A stretch of DNA of 63,250 nt, the filler included, from Chiloscyllium plagiosum (Eukaryota), in the NCBI RefSeq assembly GCF_004010195.1. It is 4 parts of one record of this genome, joined end to end, with 100 filler letters (N's around TTAATTAATTAA, not from the genome) between each part and the next. Parts side by side here need not be neighbours in the genome. Positions count along the whole stretch, not along the records: positions 58,389 to 63,250 come from NC_057713.1; 3 more parts are not named here. One strand, 5' to 3'. The notes under the pieces were generated by a model, which was not told the origin of the DNA, did not search any database, and saw only the letters and a list, made by a program, of their open reading frames with translations. Below are positions 59,820 through 63,250 of the stretch, piece after piece (position 1 is the stretch's first letter; every line of letters starts with the position of its first letter). The position numbers and the translations under genes were made by a program.

Positions 59820-60385
59820 AAATAGAGTCATGGAGATCTACAACATGGAAAAATGTATTTCGGCCGACTGAGTCAGTGCTGATCAAGAACAAATACCTAA
59901 CTATTTTAATGCCGTGTCCGCGTACTTGGCCCATAATCCTGTATGCCACAACATTGTATGTGACATCTAAAAACGTATTAAATGTTATCTGCATTTCTGC
60001 CTCTACCACACTGAGTGGGCAGTGAGTCCCAGATTCCCATCACACTCTGGGTAGAAAACAATTTCCTCATATCCCCTTTAAACCTCCTGATCCTTACCTT
60101 CAATCGCTTTTCTCTATTTATTGATCTCTCCACCAAGGGGAAATCCATCTAACCTCTCTATGCTGCCCCTAATTTTATTCATCATAGTCTTATCCTCATT
60201 TGGCCTCCCCTGCCCCAAGGAAATAACTTCAGTCTGTCCAATCTCTCTTCATAAGTAAAACTCTCAAGTCAAGGCAATGTCCTCATAAATCTCCTCTGCA
60301 CTGTCTTCACAGCAATCACATCCCTCCTAAAATGTGGATTCCAGAACTGCACACAATTCTCTAGCTGTGTTTTAACCAACATTAG
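59820..60385 (-). mobile_element. Old CR1 3' fragment
   Basis: LVKTQLENCVQFWNPHFRRDVIAVKTVQRRFMR. Confidence 0.8.
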
Positions 60386-60589
60386 GCTGAAATGTCCACT
60401 TGTGTGGGATGTACAGCAGCCAGAAACATAGACAATCAAAATAGTTGTTTCCAGGTTGCCAATTCTGTGGGAACATATTCCTGAAGGTTTCACCACATGA
60501 CCTCCTTTCATTATCTGCCCCATACCTAAACTCCAGCCATTGGTTGTCCAACCGGTCCACTGCCATTGTACACAGCCTTTCTATACCAG

Positions 60590-60780
60590 CCAAGGAGTGC
60601 AGTTTGATTAACTGAGTTAACTAGCTATCTAGTTTGCAATGAAGTGATGTTAATAGTGTGGGTTCAATTCCTGCACTGGGTGAGAAGGTTCCACCTTCTC
60701 AACCTCATCTGATGTCCCTTGGGTTAAATTCACCACCTTATCTTTCTTGAATCAGAGAGGGGCCGATAGTGACTTTCTTT
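60590..60780 (+). mobile_element. Degenerate tRNA-derived SINE
   Basis: B box GGGTTCAATTCC followed by CCTTCTCAACCTC (also at 5681). Confidence 0.45.
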
Positions 60781-61029
60781 TCAAACTCTTAATTAATCAA
60801 TTGAATGGTTAAGCAGTGTTACTCCTATGTTTGCTAATTTCGTAACTAATTAAGAGAATTGCCTTTTTAAAACTACTTTTTAATGCCTCTATGATTTTCT
60901 TTCGGGTTACTCCAAGGCAATGCTGGACCATTAGCAACAGCAAATTGTCGAGTGAAATTCTCTCAGTTGCTGCTCCTGATTTGAGGTGACTGCAGTCGAG
61001 TACAAGTGAGAGACAGATTGGTGCAGATA

Positions 61030-61173
61030 TTTCTTCACCCTGATTCCTGATGAAGGGCTCCGGCCCGAAACGTCGATTCTCCTGCTTCTCGGATGCTGCC
61101 TGACCCACTGTGCTTTTCCAGCAACACACTCTTGACTCTGATCTCCAGCATCTACAGACCTCACTTTCTCTTA
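61030..61173 (+). mobile_element. Single-arm Penelope-like terminal repeat (family A) with intact hammerhead (61043-61078)
   Basis: AUUC-CUGAUGA-A-GGGC-UCCG-GCCC-GAAA-CGUC-GAUU; TSD GTGCAGATA at 61021-61029 and 61174-61182. Confidence 0.85.
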
Positions 61174-62659
61174 GTGCAGATACCTTGCTGAGTTTGTAGT
61201 TGCAACTGAGCGAAGGAGCTGAGTGCACCACAGAGATGATACTGGTGGGAAGGTCAACTGAGATTTCTCGATGACTCTTATTTTTAAACAAGCCATTTTC
61301 TAACCTAGTGCTGGATTTAAACACCTTAGCAAATCCATGTCAGGAGAAAATCATTGGACACACAGCTGAGGTTCAAGTTCTCAGTGTCAATGAAGGACAG
61401 TATTGCCAATGATACACATGTCCCAAGAATCAATAAATATTGAAAAAAGAGAGGAGTCCTTTTGGGATCCGTGACCAGTGGGCTAGAAGGGGTGTGTGAG
61501 TGGACTTCATTAACCTCTATGACATTAGTAGATAATGGCAGTAGATCTATATCTCTGAAAGCCAGGACTGTGCAATATTGCAATAAGTTTAATCACCTGA
61601 TGTAAACGGACAAGGTAAAAGTAGCCGTCCACCTCCATGTCAATCATACATGTCAGACTTCCTTTCATGGACTCCAGTAGAGGACTGTAGTAGTATGCCC
61701 TTTCCATATTACTCTCCCAAATGTTACCAGTGCAAGGATCTCCCTTTACAGCCTCAGATATAGCCTGTCACCCCCAGCATTCACATCTCATCACTATATT
61801 TCCTCCTAGCCGAGGTTATGTCCGACTCATCACCCATCTGCTGACACCTGGGTCCTTGCAGAAAAAGATGGCAAGTAAAGGAAATGAGAATCAGACATTC
61901 TTTTCCTTTATTCATTCATGAAATGTTGGCATCACTGATTGAGCCAACATTTATTGCCCATTCATAATCATCCCTGGAGGAGTTGGTGGTGAGCTGCCTA
62001 CTGGAATCACTGCAGTCCATGTGCTGCAGGTAGATCAACAATGCCATGGAGGGGGCAAGATTCTAGGATTTGGACACAGTGACGGTGAAGGAACGGTGAT
62101 ATATTTCCAGAATGATTCATGGCTTGCAGGGGAACTGTCAGGTGGTTGTATGTATCTGCTGCCCTTGTTATTCTCGGTGAAAGTGGTGGCGCATTGGATA
62201 AGTGTTTTCAAATATGATCCATGAACCTTAAGCTTTGGACTCTGATGAGAAGGTGGTGGAATTCTTGGGGAGGCACACACAGGAGCTGCCTGGTTAGCTA
62301 TTGAAACCACTTTAGATGAAAGAAGGCAAGCCAAGCAAACAAACACTTCTCTCTGTTGCATGATCACACACCACACAGCCTGCACTTTCCAAACACAGTG
62401 CCTGTCCTCATTCCAATCTTCAGCAAATTTGGTGATGTGTCCAGGACGCCGTTTAATTGATCTATTGGTGAGAATTTCCCAGTTGCCTTTCCAGTCCTAC
62501 CAGGGCTGCCTATCTCAGATGTTTAGGCAGCTAACAGTTCTGGCACAGTGCAGCAGGGTCACCTAGCTGGCAGTGCCAGAGGAAGGAAAATAATGTGCAG
62601 TAAATGGCTTCTTTATGCTGTTGTTTAACATTTGATTGTATTAATCAGGCCTGCTATTT

Positions 62660-63080
62660 AGAATCATAGAGACATACAGCACAGAAAGAGGCCCATTAGT
62701 CCATCAAGTCTGCAGCATTCAAAAACAACCACCTAACTACTCTAATCCTATTGTCCAGTATATGGCCCATAGTCCTCAATGTCTTGGTATTACAAGTGCA
62801 CATATAAATTTTTCTTAAGTGTTATGAGGGTTTCTGCCTCCCCCCTTCCTTACAGCTAAAGAGTTCCAGATTTCATCACTCCCTGGGTGACAAAGCATTT
62901 CTCCTTATCTCTTCTAACCCTCTGTCCCTTACCTTAAATCTATGCCACTGGTTATTGACAGGCAATCTCTCTTCCTTTCCACCCATCCTAACCCCCTCAC
63001 AATTTTACACACCTCAGTCATGTTCCCCGTCCTCAGTCTCCTCTGTTCTAGGGAGAACAAACCCAATCTGTCCAATTTCT
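62660..63080 (-). mobile_element. CR1 3' end
   Basis: AGAATCATAGAG..GGCCCATTAGTCCATCAAGTC; similar to 1368-1560. Confidence 0.75.
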
Positions 63081-63124
63081 ATTTAGGTGGCAAATCACGC
63101 GTGGCTGCATTATTTACCCCCTTC

Positions 63125-63250
63125 AGCTGCTCTGACAAACGTTCCCCCACCCTCATTAATACCCCCCATCCACCTTGACACCCCACCCCCACCCTCTTTA
63201 ATACCCCCTCATTCGCTCTGACACTCCTCCCCCACCCTCATTAATAGCTC
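63125..63250 (+). repeat. C-rich tandem repeat
   Basis: CCCCCACCCTC(A/T)TTAATA three times. Confidence 0.6.

Noticed and set aside
61525..61707. Short ORF MERAYYYSPLL.. and similar short ORFs in unique DNA (11867-12082, 40307-40711)
   Set aside because: No homology I can recognise, and lengths are within chance expectation.

Overview
Eukaryotic, repeat-dominated non-coding DNA, almost certainly from a cartilaginous fish (shark): it carries many HE1-type V-SINEs, shark CR1 LINEs and a Deu-domain SINE. I recognise no host protein-coding exon, rRNA, true tRNA or CRISPR array. Every recognisable protein similarity is to a transposable element: CR1 ORF1/ORF2, Penelope-like RT and GIY-YIG, L1/Tx1, Rex1/Babar, Vingi-like, Gypsy integrase and LTRs, and a PIF/Harbinger transposase remnant. 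The window has three N gaps and three artificial 100-nt linkers (44 N + TTAATTAATTAA + 44 N), so contiguity across those linkers is not guaranteed. The most interesting signal is RNA-structural. Four sequence-distinct, Penelope-associated terminal-repeat families each carry a minimal type-I hammerhead ribozyme (CUGANGA-helix II-GAAA-NN-UH) with family-specific, covarying helices. These occur as short fold-back insertions with 9-16 bp target-site duplications, with arm breakpoints clustering at the ribozyme boundaries, and once as a direct-repeat pair 610 nt apart (retrozyme-like). There are also recent local templated duplications: a perfect 257-bp inverted copy and a 78-bp direct copy. All family names come from motif recognition by eye, not database searches, and boundaries of old repeats are approximate.
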